Notes: generated by a model not told the origin, from the sequence alone. 64,000 nt of DNA from Octopus sinensis (GCF_006345805.1 NC_042997.1:84940001-85004000), one strand, 5' to 3'; counted from the first letter of the stretch, positions 1 through 14,135 are shown. A program made the numbers and translations.

Positions 1-240
1 GATATGATATGTGGAAAATTTGGTTGCTATGTCTGGCATATGGGGTGACTAAATAGAGGCTAGCTGTTGGCTCGACTTATCGGAGATTGTTTTCTAGTGG
101 CGACAAATTGTCTTGGATGTTTCCCAACATTTTAATAACTCTATTCTTTCGGCCATCTTATTATATTGTTGTTGTAACTTCCATTCACAAATTTTCTTTT
201 CTTCGCTAAATTATCTCCAAACCATTTCTAAGTCACCCCA

Positions 241-272
<32 letters not shown>

Positions 273-366
273 ACACATATATATGTATCAATATATATAC
301 GTACATTGTATATATATATATATATCTTCCACGAACACTCACACACACATATATACATACATATAC

Positions 367-408
<42 letters not shown>

Positions 409-789
409 AATAGTCTAAATTATGCAAAAATATTAACACTGACATCTCATTTTAACAGATATATTTACCACAATTAGTTAAAAATATCTTGAAATAGCTA
501 GTTGTAAAATCTCGCGGAGACACTAGAGTAATAACTATACTAAACAGTAAAGCCAGTCGCCACATTAAGGTGGCTGTTGAATGTTACTACTATTTTAACT
601 GCAGGCAGATTCTCCTCCAGCTGGCTTTCGGTGCGACTCTGCACCCTTTATATACAATATATTGTTAGCAGGGGGAGCGAACCCTCTAGCAGAAGGATCG
701 CGAGACTGACTTAGTTTCGTGCTATTTGGCTTATCCTCCGTCATGAGTACGTCAGACCGACAGCCAGAGTCCGCTAGCTACTGGCTTTA

Positions 790-1858
790 CTATCTTAAAA
801 TGCTAAAGATTAAATCTATTCAATAAAATCGCCATAGGCTTCAACTATGGCCTCCAGACGACTTCAGAATCTCCTGTAACTTCTGGACGGTCTCCTTGTT
901 TAAGCTGGTGAAAGCTACCGTAATCCTTGCCTTCAGTTCATCTTTCGTGTTACAAGGAGTTGCTTTGGTCTCTCGCTCAACTGCACCCTACACATAATGA
1001 ATAAGGGGTTTGCAGTGTAGTGGGTTAGGTAGCCAAATGTTAGGAGTGATGTGGTCGCAGAAATTGTCTGACAGTCATAACTGGGCTCGCCTGCTTGTGT
1101 GATATAGTGCAGTGCCTGTTTTCTGACATAGTGTCTTCCAGCGGCCACCCACTTGACCCACGGCAGTAGTACCTTCTCCAGACACTTGATGTAGGTCTCC
1201 ATGATGAGTCTGAGGCCATGTGGGAAGAGGAATGGGGTATAACGTCTATATCACTAGTGATCACTCCAAACACCATTGATGTCGGTTGGAGGGGATGCTC
1301 GACTTTGTTGAAAAGCTTCGTAGCAGGGTCATTCACCTTGTCCTTGATGGCTTGTGATGAAATTCAACCCTTTCTGATCTTGTATGAGGAATACCGAATG
1401 TTTTCATGCACTATCTGCCTGAAAAGTGAGTCAGACACTCTTATGTCACTGGCGATAGACCTGACTGACTTGGAGGGAACGTTGTCAATCATGGCCTCGA
1501 TCTAAACAACAAATTCAGGAGCTCTTCTCTCATCAGAACGATCAGCGTGAGTTTTCTGAGCTGCTGTACCTCCGTAATCACCATTAGACTCATCCAACTC
1601 TTTCCGAATCCTCTACACTGTCCTCACTCAAACACTGTGAAGTGTTCGCATTGGAGCTTCCGGCGCGAATGCGAAGCAGTGCAGCATATCGTTTCCAAAT
1701 TTCTGGCAGAGTGAATTGCGTCATGGTGCTGTTTTTCTCACAGACGGTGCTCAACTGACTCTACTATACTGCGCAGTCGACAAAATCAAAGGAAAAAATG
1801 TGCAAGCGTGAAATTAAAAATATAATATGCCGACACAATTTATCCATCGCACCCTGTA
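790..1858 (-). mobile_element. Degenerate Tc1/mariner transposon of the maT (DD37D) type; transposase pseudogene about 1724->817
   Basis: Minus-strand translation across frameshifts reads MTQFTLPEIWKRYAALL...SMVFGVITSD..PFLFPHGLRL..ETYIKCLEKVLLPWVKWVAAGR...DNFCDHITPNIWLPNPLHCKPLIHYV*GAVERET..CNTKDELKARI (decayed WPPNSPDxNPLDY motif). One end, CAGGGTGCG with TA, lies at 1856-1858; the other TIR was not found. Confidence 0.85.
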
Positions 1859-1859
1859 T

Positions 1860-1892
<33 letters not shown>

Positions 1893-1952
1893 GATAACCA
1901 AACACGAGGTCCTGGTTTCGATCCCCATCGTAGTATATTGGGCTATTATATA

Positions 1953-2162
1953 TACGAGGTGGCGCTGAAAAGTTCCTGGCTTTCAGAGTAACGCGAAAGG
2001 CTGGAAGCCCATTCTTCCGACTTCTTTTACTGGACTTAGAAAAACTGAAGGACTGCTGCGATAAGTGTTTGAATCCGAGAGGAGGATATGTTGAATAAAA
2101 TAATAATTATGTGATCAACCTGCTTTTACACAAAGCCAAGAATTTTTCAGCACCCCCTCGTG
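1953..2162. mobile_element. Mariner-type MITE, about 206 bp
   Basis: TIRs cgaggtggcgctgaaaagttcctggcttt (1955-1983) and aaagccaagaatttttcagcaccccctcg (2132-2160), flanked by TA and TG; no coding capacity. Confidence 0.8.
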
Positions 2163-2185
2163 TGGTAGGGGTGAGTGCGTCTTTG

Positions 2186-2268
<83 letters not shown>

Positions 2269-2949
2269 CGTGCGTGTGCGTGTGTGTGTGTCCTGAAACA
2301 CGCACATAAATACGAGTCAACGAGCAAGCCACTACACAGTCGCTCGAAATGCTAAGAACAACAACCAGATCTCCCTCAATGTACACGTCCCAAGGTGTGT
2401 AACCACATGTCTGAGTAAAACAAAATATTCACATCTGCAGATTCACTGACACCAAATACTTGCACATTTACACACATAAATACCACCCTGTTGATAAAGT
2501 TGAAATACCAACGAAGAAGCCTTGAATCTAGGTTAGAAACCGGCTATTTCTCAATTACCAAGAGATCATACAAAAATATATACATACAAATCAGTAGAAA
2601 AATGTAAGCGTTTATGTTGGGAACAACACTGAGACGCTAGACGATTTTCACAGATGATTTGGCTATGGGAGTGTAGTTTTATGTAGGGCAAGTGATACAT
2701 TTCTGAGAAACTGATAGCAGAAAATATGTCGGACTGTGACACAATCTTGAAGAACAGCATTTTACAGGTTTTATTTTGAAGGATCCTTTGTCTAGAGATA
2801 TGCTTAAACGAGAACTAACGTGTACTTCAATCTAAATTTTCATGCTATTACTTCATAATCTTTTACCAAAAGTGTGTTCCTCTCCACTGGACAAATATTG
2901 TTTTTGCACAGTTGAAATAAGTGTAGAATTATAGTAATCTTTCTCACCA

Positions 2950-3376
2950 GGATTCGCTGGTGGGAATGAAGTTTTTACCGTCGATGGCGCATCTATATAA
3001 CAGGATGGATGTACCACATAAATGATACCATTATCGCTCTCAAGCCATTAACTAGTCCAAATGCGACATCAAACCAACAAGATCAGTCAACTGTTAGTGG
3101 AAGTGGAGACGAATTACAAATAAAATGACTTGAAAATTTGAGCAAAGTCGACCCCAACATTGAGACCAACTACGTACAAGCATAAAGGCACGCTGGCAAA
3201 ACACTGTTCTTCTGAATGAAAACCTTACCTGTCATTGTGGTTTTGTGGCACACTCAAGAAAGCACATAGGAAATGATCCACAAGCACTAGAGCAAACTGA
3301 GCCCTCAACTTGTTCCATTTACCAAAGGTTTGCACCAGCAGGCTTTACGAGACACATTCGTGTCCATAGAACATAA
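2950..3376 (+). pseudogene. Possible decayed 3' end of an RTE-type LINE with a C-terminal zinc-finger-like motif
   Basis: Short peptides LTCHCGFVAHSR and PSTCSIYQRFAPAGFTRHIRVHRT*; everything else is heavily decayed. Confidence 0.35.
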
Positions 3377-3429
3377 TCAACGCTTTATTTTAACTGAATC
3401 CTCATTTGTAGTTGACGTCAAGAATCCAT

Positions 3430-3485
<56 letters not shown>

Positions 3486-3644
3486 TATGAATGTATGTAT
3501 ATACGCCAGCTCAATTTGATTCGTTCTCAATTGAAAGATGCCTGTTGTTATTTCTTCCTGTTTGAATTCGTAATTGTGTACCATGTTCTCCGTTTTTTGT
3601 TTCTTTGTTGTTGTTTTTTGACTTTGGTTGGCTTGAGATTAAAG

Positions 3645-3717
3645 TAGAATACACTTGCACAAGATGTCACGCAGTGGGACTGAAGCCGGAACCATATGGT
3701 TGGGAAGCAAGCTTCTT
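3645..3717 (-). mobile_element. SINE family A, downstream part of the tRNA-like head, split by the 3718-5828 insertion
   Basis: Minus strand aagaagcttgcttcccaaccatatggttccggcttcagtcccactgcgtgacatcttgtgcaagtg matches intact copies at 6280-6362, 35910-36000 and 56055-56140. Confidence 0.85.
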
Positions 3718-5828
3718 TTATTCATTAAATTGGCTATAAAGTCCTTACAAAGAAAGGAAGCTGCGGGCTGGACAAGGGCATAATGAGATGAAATGATGGA
3801 CGATATGATAATAATGAGGACAACAGCAACGACCGCCGATTGCTGTTTATCTGAGCACATTGTCCTCAATAATTACTATATTTTAGGCAACAAACATCTT
3901 ACATAGTAAAACATCAACGTAGCAATAAACCTCTTACATTTACAAAACAAAAAGCCATTGTGAGGCAATAAACCTCTTACACAAATTAATTATAAAATCA
4001 ATGAAACGATACAACTGAGGCACACAGCCTCTTACTTTAATTAGTTACAAATCCTCCTGCCCGACTAGACTTCTCGCCTCAGTTAAATACCTGGACGGCG
4101 CCAAGTCGGGCCAATTTAGCATGAATCTGAGGGTATCCTTAGAGAGGGAGCTCATTGTCCTGAACAGATCGTTCTCCGCCATGACCTTCGAAGCCATCTG
4201 CGAAGGCCACTCAGGGTCCTCCATGCAGGACAGAATTCCCCTCCCTTCGGCCCTTCGTTTTAAGCTTCTTTACAAAGCCCTCCAATGTCCTTCCCTTATG
4301 GAAGAGGACCACAAATTCCTCCTCCGTATCATGGAGGGAGTGTATACCTTTGGTGGCACAACTTCCACCGAATGTGCTTCGGGACACGCCGACAGTGTGT
4401 CACAAACCGCCGGCAATGTCCCGTTTTTCTTTTTTTTTTCTTTTTTTTTCCTTTGAGTCACTGGAGGGTGAGGTTCCCCCGCTTTGTCCACAGATCCTCC
4501 CTCCCTCCCGCAGCCCTCGGATCCTTCGGTGGGCAAGCATTGTTGCCCACCTTTCCTTTCTTTCCTTTTTTCAAGGAGGTTTTCACATCCTCGACTTCCT
4601 CCTTCTCTCCCTCCAATGAGGGAGCAGGGAGCGGTATCTTTATCAAGTGCTCCAGAAACTTATTTTGCTCCTTAGGGCAGTTCTTTTTGGTATGATCCGA
4701 TTCCAGGCACAAGTGACACTTGGTGGGGTGGGGCGTCCCTCAAGCATCAGCAGATATCTAGACCCGGCTTTTCTTAAAAAATCTGGAAATACCAGATTTT
4801 CGGCTGATTGGGTCCATAGGGTCAAAACAGTTTTTGACCCCTCCCAATAAGCCGCAGGCAGAATGTTCACATTGGGGAGCTTGGTACTGCTGCCACCCAG
4901 ACCGTGGTGGATAGTATCCTCTATCCACTCGGGCTCAATTCCGGGTGGCAAACCGCAGATCCAAGCTCTCGTCAACTTCTTCTCACAATAAGTGGGAAGA
5001 AACAAAATTTCTTGCCCTCCAGGGCTGGCTCGTGAATTCGCAAGCCTCTTCGGGGGTATCAAACAGCAACTACACCGTTGCATGTTTGACCCCTCCCCCA
5101 ACTGAGAGCTAAACTTAATAGTTGGCATATATTCTGCCAACTCCATCTCAATCCTTTTTTTCAAAGACGACGATGGTGTCGTGGGACTTGGAGTAATTCC
5201 TCAACACCACCGTCTTCTTTTCAAATTCCTCTAACCATGGTATGATTTCCCATTCCATAAGTTTATCTTTGTTCTTTGCCATGTGAAAAAATTAACAGTT
5301 CACAAAAATTCAAATTATAAAAGAGATAAACAAAAAGAGAGTCTTAACAAAAAGGAAGAACAAAAATAAACAGCGTTTCAAAAATAAAAGACCGAAGAGG
5401 GAGCGAGAGTTCATACGGTACTCTCAGCCCTCAACTGGAACACGGTCTCTCACAATTATCGTCTAATTTCTTCAAATTATTTTTTTAAATCCCACGAAAT
5501 TAAACAGGAACAGTTCTCACAAATAATTGAGAACAACACAGTTCTCAAATTAAATTAAATTGGAGGCTGGACACGCCTCCAAACAGCAATTCTCACAATT
5601 AAGTGAGAAAATCAAAATGCTCGACCACATGCAGACCAAAGCCCAGAATCCAGTCAGGACTCCTTGCTTGTACAAAAAATAAATCTCACAAACAACGAAC
5701 TCCCACTGGACCCAAAAAGCAAAAAGTCTTACCTTACAGTAGAGCCTCTTTCAGTAACAATTTTCGTCCGTTATAAACCAGCGTGACGACTTCGATGGTA
5801 CAATGAAAACAGCTAAACAACTGGAACC
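3718..5828 (-). mobile_element. Non-autonomous L1/Tx1-like retroelement encoding only ORF1 (half-L1-like), flanked by a 15-bp TSD
   Basis: GGAAGCAAGCTTCTT occurs at 3703-3717 and 5829-5843. Layout is about 550 nt of 5' UTR, then ORF1, then about 340 nt of 3' UTR ending in AATAAA. No APE or RT motifs were seen inside. Confidence 0.8.
4055..5282 (-). pseudogene. Gag-like LINE ORF1 (RRM-like region plus CCHC zinc knuckle), frameshifted
   Basis: MAKNKDKLMEWEIIPWLEEFEKKTVVLRNY..[fs]..TRAWICGLPPGIEPEWIEDTI...LMLEGRP[fs]TKCHLCLESDHTKKNCPK (C-x2-C-x4-H-x4-C at about 4680-4725), followed by a lysine-rich tail; spans ORFs 4643-5164 and 4458-4712. Confidence 0.75.
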
Positions 5829-5872
5829 GGAAGCAAGCTTCTTACCACACAGCCACGCCTGCGCGTATAAAC
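5829..5872 (-). mobile_element. SINE family A 5' head (upstream half of the split copy)
   Basis: Minus strand caggcgtggctgtgtggtaagaagcttgcttcc, including an A-box-like TGGCTGTGTGG. Confidence 0.85.
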
Positions 5873-5944
5873 ACATACACACGCATACACACACACTCTT
5901 ACACACACAAATGAAAGATATTCTATTCAAACTTTTTCTTTCAT

Positions 5945-6362
5945 ATTCTTTTATTCTTTTATTTGTTTCATTCATTTGACTGCGGTCGTGCTAGAACACC
6001 ACTTTGAGGGGTTTTAGTCAAACAAATTGACCCCAGGACTTATTTTTTAAGCCTTTTACTTATTCTATCATTTTCTTTTGCTGAACCGCTAAGGGGACGC
6101 AAGCACACCAACACCAGTTGTCAAGCAGTGATGTGTGGGGGAGACACAAAGACACAAAGACAACACATACGTAGATATATATATAATATATATATATATA
6201 TACGACGGGCTTCTTTCAGTTTCCATCCACCAAATCCACTGACAAGGCTTGGGTCAGCCCGAGGCTATTGTAGAAGACATTTGCCCAAGGTGGCACGCAG
6301 TGGGACTAAAAACGGAACCATGTGGTTAGGAAGCAAGCATCTTACTACACAGCCACGCCTGC
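5945..6362 (-). mobile_element. SINE family A, near full-length tRNA-derived SINE
   Basis: Head with A/B-box-like motifs, CORE-like caccttgggcaaatgtcttcta, internal (TA)n, and 3' tail ...gcagtcaaatgaatgaaacaaataaaag. Confidence 0.85.
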
Positions 6363-6772
6363 CCCTATTAATTTTTTAGATTACTATTCTGTGTTATATT
6401 CGTTATTTTTTTCTTTTTTTCCTTCTCCATTTTCTGCTCAGTTACTATATTGTCACAATGCTAAATTCAACGACTGGAATAAATGCACACACAACATTGC
6501 ACAATCCTCTCACTTTTACTAACACCGATAACATGATCAGCAACGCTATCGTTGTCACAATCATCAGCACCATCTTCAACAGCAGCAGCGGTAAGTTATA
6601 AACTTCTTCCTTCTTTCTGAATTATCCTCACCTTCCCATATCTGCCATATCGCACCCGAGGTTATGCTATTTTTATATGTATTTTTTTTAATGTTTTAGT
6701 CAATTTCTTTCGTGTTGTTTTTCGTCAAATCCAAGTTAGTCAATATGTGTAAACATATGTATATGCATGTGA

Positions 6773-6809
<37 letters not shown>

Positions 6810-7008
6810 TAGTATTTGCTGGTTTGACATATATATAATGTATGTGCGTGTATGTATGTATATACACAATGTACTTAAATATATCTATATCTACCTGTTT
6901 ATCTATCTATCTATCTATCTATATATATATATATACATGCCTGTTATGTATGTATTATGCATGCGCTTATGTATGCACGTAATTATATACGTATCACTTA
7001 TATATATA

Positions 7009-7039
<31 letters not shown>

Positions 7040-7194
7040 ATATTATATATATTATATATATGTCAGCTTGTGCATATATACATATATATAACCGTATACG
7101 CATAAATATGTAGATATGTACGTACATGTACATAGACATACATACATACATGCATACATACATACATTCATACATACATACATACATACATACA

Positions 7195-7225
<31 letters not shown>

Positions 7226-8859
7226 TACATACATACATGCAAGAGCCTGACGGATAGTGTCTACTTCCAGACCACTGGCCAAATAATTGATGTGCATCGC
7301 TTTTGTAAGAAGAGTCTGCTCTCTGTTCACCAAATGGGATTCTGTACACATTATAAACAATATAAAAACGGATCCACCCCATCCACTCAGCATTTGTCCC
7401 TCCCTACACCGATGTGCGTCTTTGTTTTATTCTTACATTTATTTTCGATTTTCTAGCCACCGCTTTGACCCTGTCTTCAAGGTCGACTTTTTCCACCTTT
7501 CTCGTATATGTTTATATGCATGCATACATACATATATATTTTTTTCATATATATATTTCTATATTTTATTTAGCTACACGTTTGTTTGCTCATTGGCTTG
7601 TACTTGTGTTTATTTCCTGGCCTCACTTCTCTTGATCTCTCTCTATCTCAATCTCTCCCTCTGTGTGTGTACATACACATGTTTGTATGTGTGTGTTTCA
7701 TATATAATATGTGTGTGTATGTGCTTATATATATATGTACATGTGTGTGTGCCTATGTGTTTATATACACACCACATATATATATATGTATATATATATA
7801 TGTGTGTATGTATGTGGGTGTGTGTGTATGTGTGTGTGTATATCTCTATATATACATACGTATAAATATTTATATATATATACACACACACACATATATA
7901 TATATATATAAACACATACATATATACATACATATATGTGTGTCTATATATATACATATACACATGTGTGTGTGTATGTATGTATGTATGTATGTATGTA
8001 TGTATGTATGTATATTATCTCTCAGTTTCTCTTGTCCTCCTATGTAGTTTCTTCGTTCTTCCTCTGCTTTCATGTAATATCCCCTCCCACTATATCCTTT
8101 GACTCGACTACCACCGTAGTTTGGACATTCATTAAAATTAGCTTTTACCATCCCAAAATTGATCAAATTGTTTCTGCAAATCATCTTGTCCCGGCATTAA
8201 AGATATGCTCTGCTAAAACATTTTGGTGTCTATACGTAGTCTCCGTGTGTGTCTCTCTTGGTCTATGTCTTATGTATGTCTTTACGTTTCACAATAAGTA
8301 TGTTGGTCTGCGTGCATGGCTACATAACTGATTGACTCTTCAACCTTATGTATGCATGTATGTATGTATGTATGTATGTATGTATGTATGTATGTATGTA
8401 TGTATGTATGTATGTATGTATGCATGCATGCATGCATGCATGCATGTATGTATGTATGTATGTATGTATGTATGTATGTATGTATGTATGTATGTATGTA
8501 TGTATGTATGTATGTATGTGTGTGTGTGTGCGTCTGTAAGGTTCTGGGTGATGTGATGTATACGAATGAGAAAGTCTATGCGTTTAGTAAGCAAATTTCC
8601 TTTAAGTCTTGTTATGTATGCATGCAAGCGCGTATGCATGTATATATACATTTATGTTTGCCTACATGTATGTATGTATTTACGTATAGAGGTATATTTC
8701 TGTTTGCGAGTACAAGTATGTTGTATATGTCTAAATGTGCGTATATAGTTGCGTGTTGTTTTAGTATGTACAATATACGTAATGTATGTGTGTATGTATG
8801 TACATGTAAAATATGAATATTATAGGTTTCTGCATTATATGTTCTTGACGCGAGCCGGA

Positions 8860-8897
<38 letters not shown>

Positions 8898-8909
8898 ATA
8901 CACACACAT

Positions 8910-8946
<37 letters not shown>

Positions 8947-9111
8947 CATATACACAGACACACATATATGTATGTATGTAAGTATGTATTTATGTATGTA
9001 TCTATATGTATGAATATGTGTATGTTTGTGCGTATGTACACTTACATGTGAGTATATGTGTTCATTTGTGTATGTATAAGAGAAAGCGACTGACAGATAT
9101 AGTGTCTACCC

Positions 9112-9184
<73 letters not shown>

Positions 9185-9627
9185 CTCACGTGCACGTACG
9201 TGTTGAGACCATGTGGGAGTATATGTGTGTATTCGTATTTATGTGTGTCCATGTACGAAATTTGCCGGTCTGTAGACAGCTTAGAAATTGGGAAGTGTCG
9301 ATAAAAATCAGCCAGGCTACCATCACCATCACTCTCACCTTCACCCTAACCTTCACCTTCACCATGATTATAAACACGAACGTCACACCCGCCTCCCTAC
9401 ACCACCACCACTTTTACAGCATCGACATGACCGACATCAACAGCGCACACCACACACCACCATTGCTAACAACAACAACATCTATTTTGTTTGCACGTGC
9501 AGACTCAATATGAACGTTAAGCCTGTATAAATAAGGTCTTCTTAGGCTACAAAGATCGATCTTGTATGCAAGAAATGACAACCTAAAATATATTACTTTT
9601 GCTTCTGCTGCTCGACACCTCGCTCCC

Positions 9628-9674
<47 letters not shown>

Positions 9675-10455
9675 TTCATGCTTTTTTCCATACCAATCTA
9701 GTTTGCTTTATTGTATAACTTTACATTCCCCTTTGCTTTATTACTCAACCCATTTCTCTCCCTTTCTCTCTCTTTCTCTTTATCCCTGTCTATCTGTCTA
9801 TCTACCTTAATCTCTCTCTCTCTCTCTCTCGCTCTCTCTCACTCTATCCCACTCTTTATATACTTATATTTCTCTCAATATATTTCACTCGCTTTTTATT
9901 TCTCTACCTATCTATTTTACTTTTTAGTCTAACTTAATATTACTCTCGGCTTTATTACTCAATTCCTCTCTCTATTTCCATCTCTGTCTTTATCTCTTCT
10001 TCCTCTCTCTTTCACTTAACTACCCTTTCTCTTTCTACCTCTCTATCTGGGTAGCTTACTTTATTATTCAACACTTCCCGCTGTATTTCTAACATTCTTT
10101 TTCTTTATCCGCCCGTCTTATAATATTCATTCAACTCTCCTTTTTTCTACTGTTTTCTCATCTCCATCATCTCGACACACGCACATGCGCATACAGAAAC
10201 AAACAAACACGCACTGTCTGTCTCACTCTTACTTTAATTTCCAACTGTTTCCAAACTCTACACCAGCATTTACTTTACTCCTCACTTCTCTCAACCCTCC
10301 CCCTTATTTATTCACTGGCCATCTCTATCTATCTACTATGGTGTATAGTATAACACTCGGCATTTTGTATGTGTTTAATATCTTCTAATGCCTCTCTCCC
10401 TCTCACACACACAGACATATATCTATATCTATATACATAAATAAATGAATACATA

Positions 10456-10486
<31 letters not shown>

Positions 10487-10601
10487 TATTTATATGTATT
10501 ATATATATATATATATATTTCCTGATCTGTCTCGCAAGAAAGAGCTGACAGTACCCCGACTCGAATACATTGGCTGTATGACCTACACATAGTATACATT
10601 C

Positions 10602-10697
<96 letters not shown>

Positions 10698-10795
10698 CCG
10701 TGTGTATGTGTGTTTGTATGTAAGTACATATAAGCATATATGTTTTTATTTATGCATACATATACATATATGTATTTATGTGTGTCTATGTGTGC

Positions 10796-10866
<71 letters not shown>

Positions 10867-12406
10867 TATATGTCTGTCAATCTATCTCCATTCCTTTTTA
10901 GTCTCTCTACCTACTTGTTCCTCCTCATTACATTGTCTCTCGAATGTTTTCTAGAAGGAAATTGCAAAGGAAGTTGTGACGTCCATCTCTTTCCAAGAAG
11001 TAAATGAAACGGTTCACAAAGCTCAGTTCACCAAGAAATGAATTTCTTTCATCAGTAATAACGCTATAGATTCGTATAGAAAAGAGGAAATGGGAAATCG
11101 TGATGTTTCCCAAGGGTTGTTGACTGCATAAGTGAGGCGAGATGGCTTCAACTGAGAATTTTATAACTATGTGGCTTCATCTTCATTCCTCTTACATTGA
11201 AAACCGGAATTAAATTTTCTCTCATTTATTTAATGATGTGTCGAACCGACTTTATCGTCTGTCTTTGTATACAATTGATGATTTAGAAAGAAAGAAGCGA
11301 ATGTGTCTCTCTCCCTTTCACTGTGTCTCTATTTTCCTTTTCTTTACTAGAGAGTGGCTGCAAAGGGACATAATAAAAGGAGAGAAAATTTTATCTTTTC
11401 CTTTCTTTATTATTTATATTTTACTCATTAAACTTTATAAATTCAATTTTATCGAAGCTGATATTTTTTTCCTAAAACTAAGTTGTCAATCGTTTTCTTT
11501 TGGTAATTTTATTTTATTTTTTGTGATTTTAGTTATCTTTCTTCTTCTTTGTTTTTTCATTTTGTGGTAGGAGTTAGGGTGGATTTCACAGTGTGTCTAG
11601 GTCATTTCTACTCGTAATTTGTATGCGTCTTGAATTAAAAAAAAAATTACATGCTAAAATTTTCCATTGGTAATAGCTAAAGGAAGAAGCTAACAATAAA
11701 ACAAAATAAACAACAATATCAGCGCTTTCATAGAGAAAACACCCTACATTTAAAATTATGGAAATATTATGGTAATGACCTACACAGTGTATTAATGGGA
11801 TTTGACACTGAATGTTATAAGGACATGAATAGCTTTGATACAGCAGCGACAACAGTTACGAATTTTTTGCATTTAATAAATATTAAGCTCTGTATGGTGT
11901 CTCGTGTTGTTTGTTTTTGTTATTTTCAATATTGCAGGGTGGAGTCGCAGTAGGGAAGGTAAAAACTACTTTTGTAACTCATACGAATTAAATTTAAAAT
12001 AAATAAATAAATAAATAAATAAATAAACAACTGCGTAAGAGACAGTAAAAAGGTCAGAGTGCTGAGAGAGAGAGAGAGAGAGATTGAGGGATGTGGAGAG
12101 AAAGAAAGGGATGGTAAATTAATAAGGAATTTGACCGAAATTAGAAACCCCACCAAAATGGGTAGTTAAATTCGATCAACAAATAAAGAATATGAAAAAA
12201 ATAAGTGCAAGAAATTTTGAATCGAATGTCTTTTGTGTGTGTGTTTGTGCGTGTGTGTGTGTATGTGTGTGCGTGCGCGCGCGCAGACGCATGTCTGCGC
12301 TTGCGTAGGTGGGTGTTCGTGTCTGTGTGTATGTGTGTGTGTGTGTGTACAATATACACACACATACACATACACACACATTTATTAATATATATGTATA
12401 TGTGTG

Positions 12407-12451
<45 letters not shown>

Positions 12452-12645
12452 TTACACATACATACACATGCACATACATATTCGTATGCGTAATCTTTTA
12501 TAGGGTAACGTTTGATAGTGACTTCGAAACTTCAGCTTGCTCTCCTTCATAAAACTGATTCACTTTGTTTCTTGTTTGACTTCAAAATGTCTTTGGCAGA
12601 TGTGGTTTTGAGGGTTAGGTGGAGCTAAGTGAATATCTAGTTGTG

Positions 12646-12689
<44 letters not shown>

Positions 12690-13341
12690 GAAGTAGTGCA
12701 GAAAGAAAAACGCCCAAAAATAAAATCGTCCCAACATCAAACCAAAATAAATCTCCTAAACATAACGTTCTATCAACTCACACCCTGTAAAAACGTGTTT
12801 CCTCCTGTTCTCCTTTGTTCCAAATCTTCCCAAAACATTTCTTCCTTTGCATTTTATACCACATAGTCATATCTGACCCCAAAAGTAAACATATTAAAGT
12901 CTATATAAAGACAAAAAGCACCAAAACAAATCCCACTCAGTACGAGCAGGCCGAAACTTCGAAATCACCGTCAACCGTATCCTTGAAAAAGTTAATAAAA
13001 AACATGCTCTACTAAAATGATTGAGTAATCCTTCAGTTTAATGTTGAATCGTTTTTATATAAAACTTTATATATATACATATATATATACATAATAGATA
13101 TTTTTATGTATATATGTTTACATATATACATGTATTATACATATATCTATCATGTTGTGACATGTCTTTCAATAGATCTGGGCGGGATGTAATCGCAGAA
13201 TGAAAAGGATCAAGTATAGCACTTAATATATTTCATACTAAATTTCACCCATTCTGTCATTATATTGTTCCAAACGTTCCCTATCCAGATTGATAGATGC
13301 ATGCATCGGACACTGGAAAGAGAGATGGTTAGAAATAAAAT

Positions 13342-13398
<57 letters not shown>

Positions 13399-13404
13399 CT
13401 TACA

Positions 13405-13580
13405 TTTGAGACCTTAAAGCAGCAACTTAGCGGTTTAGCAGTAGAGACCGATGGAATAAGTACCAGATATCTAAAAAAAAATATGCAGGATGGTCGATTT
13501 ATTCGAATAAAACATTCTGCAAAGTGATACCCCGGCATGGCCGCAGTCAAAATGACTGCAACAAGTAAAAGGTAAAAAGA
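13405..13580 (+). mobile_element. SINE family A, 3' half
   Basis: aacttagcggtttagcag...gcatggccgcagtcaaaatgactgcaacaagtaaaag matches the family A tail. Confidence 0.75.
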
Positions 13581-13879
13581 TATATGTATTCGTGTATGTA
13601 TGTACGCATGTATGTACGTATGTATGTATATGTGTAAGAGAGTGTGTGTGTGTGTGTGCGCGTGTGATAGGTGATACCTGGCATTTTATCTACATTATGC
13701 AACTTAAAAAAATAAAACAAAGCAATATAACTGAGAGCAAGTAATACCCAAGCATGTACCCACTTTCAATCTATCTCGAAAATAAAGATTTCTTTTACAA
13801 CTCCATATGCTTTTGCGTTCATTGTTACAACTTTAGGCGCATGGATTGCATGTCTCGTGTTCATGAAGGAAACGTCATC

Positions 13880-13914
<35 letters not shown>

Positions 13915-13965
13915 TGTATGTATGTATGTATGTATGTATGTATGTATGTATGTTATGGATGTATG

Positions 13966-14004
<39 letters not shown>

Positions 14005-14024
14005 TGAAAGAAAGAGCACGGTAG

Positions 14025-14135
<111 letters not shown>

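Noticed and set aside
546-791. 12-bp inverted repeat agtaaagccagt/actggctttact as MITE ends
   Set aside because: No TSD and no second copy in the window.
2502-2550. Hammerhead-shaped remnant (gaaata..GAAACCGG..tatttc)
   Set aside because: The core reads CCAACGA, needing three substitutions; plausible but not supportable alone.
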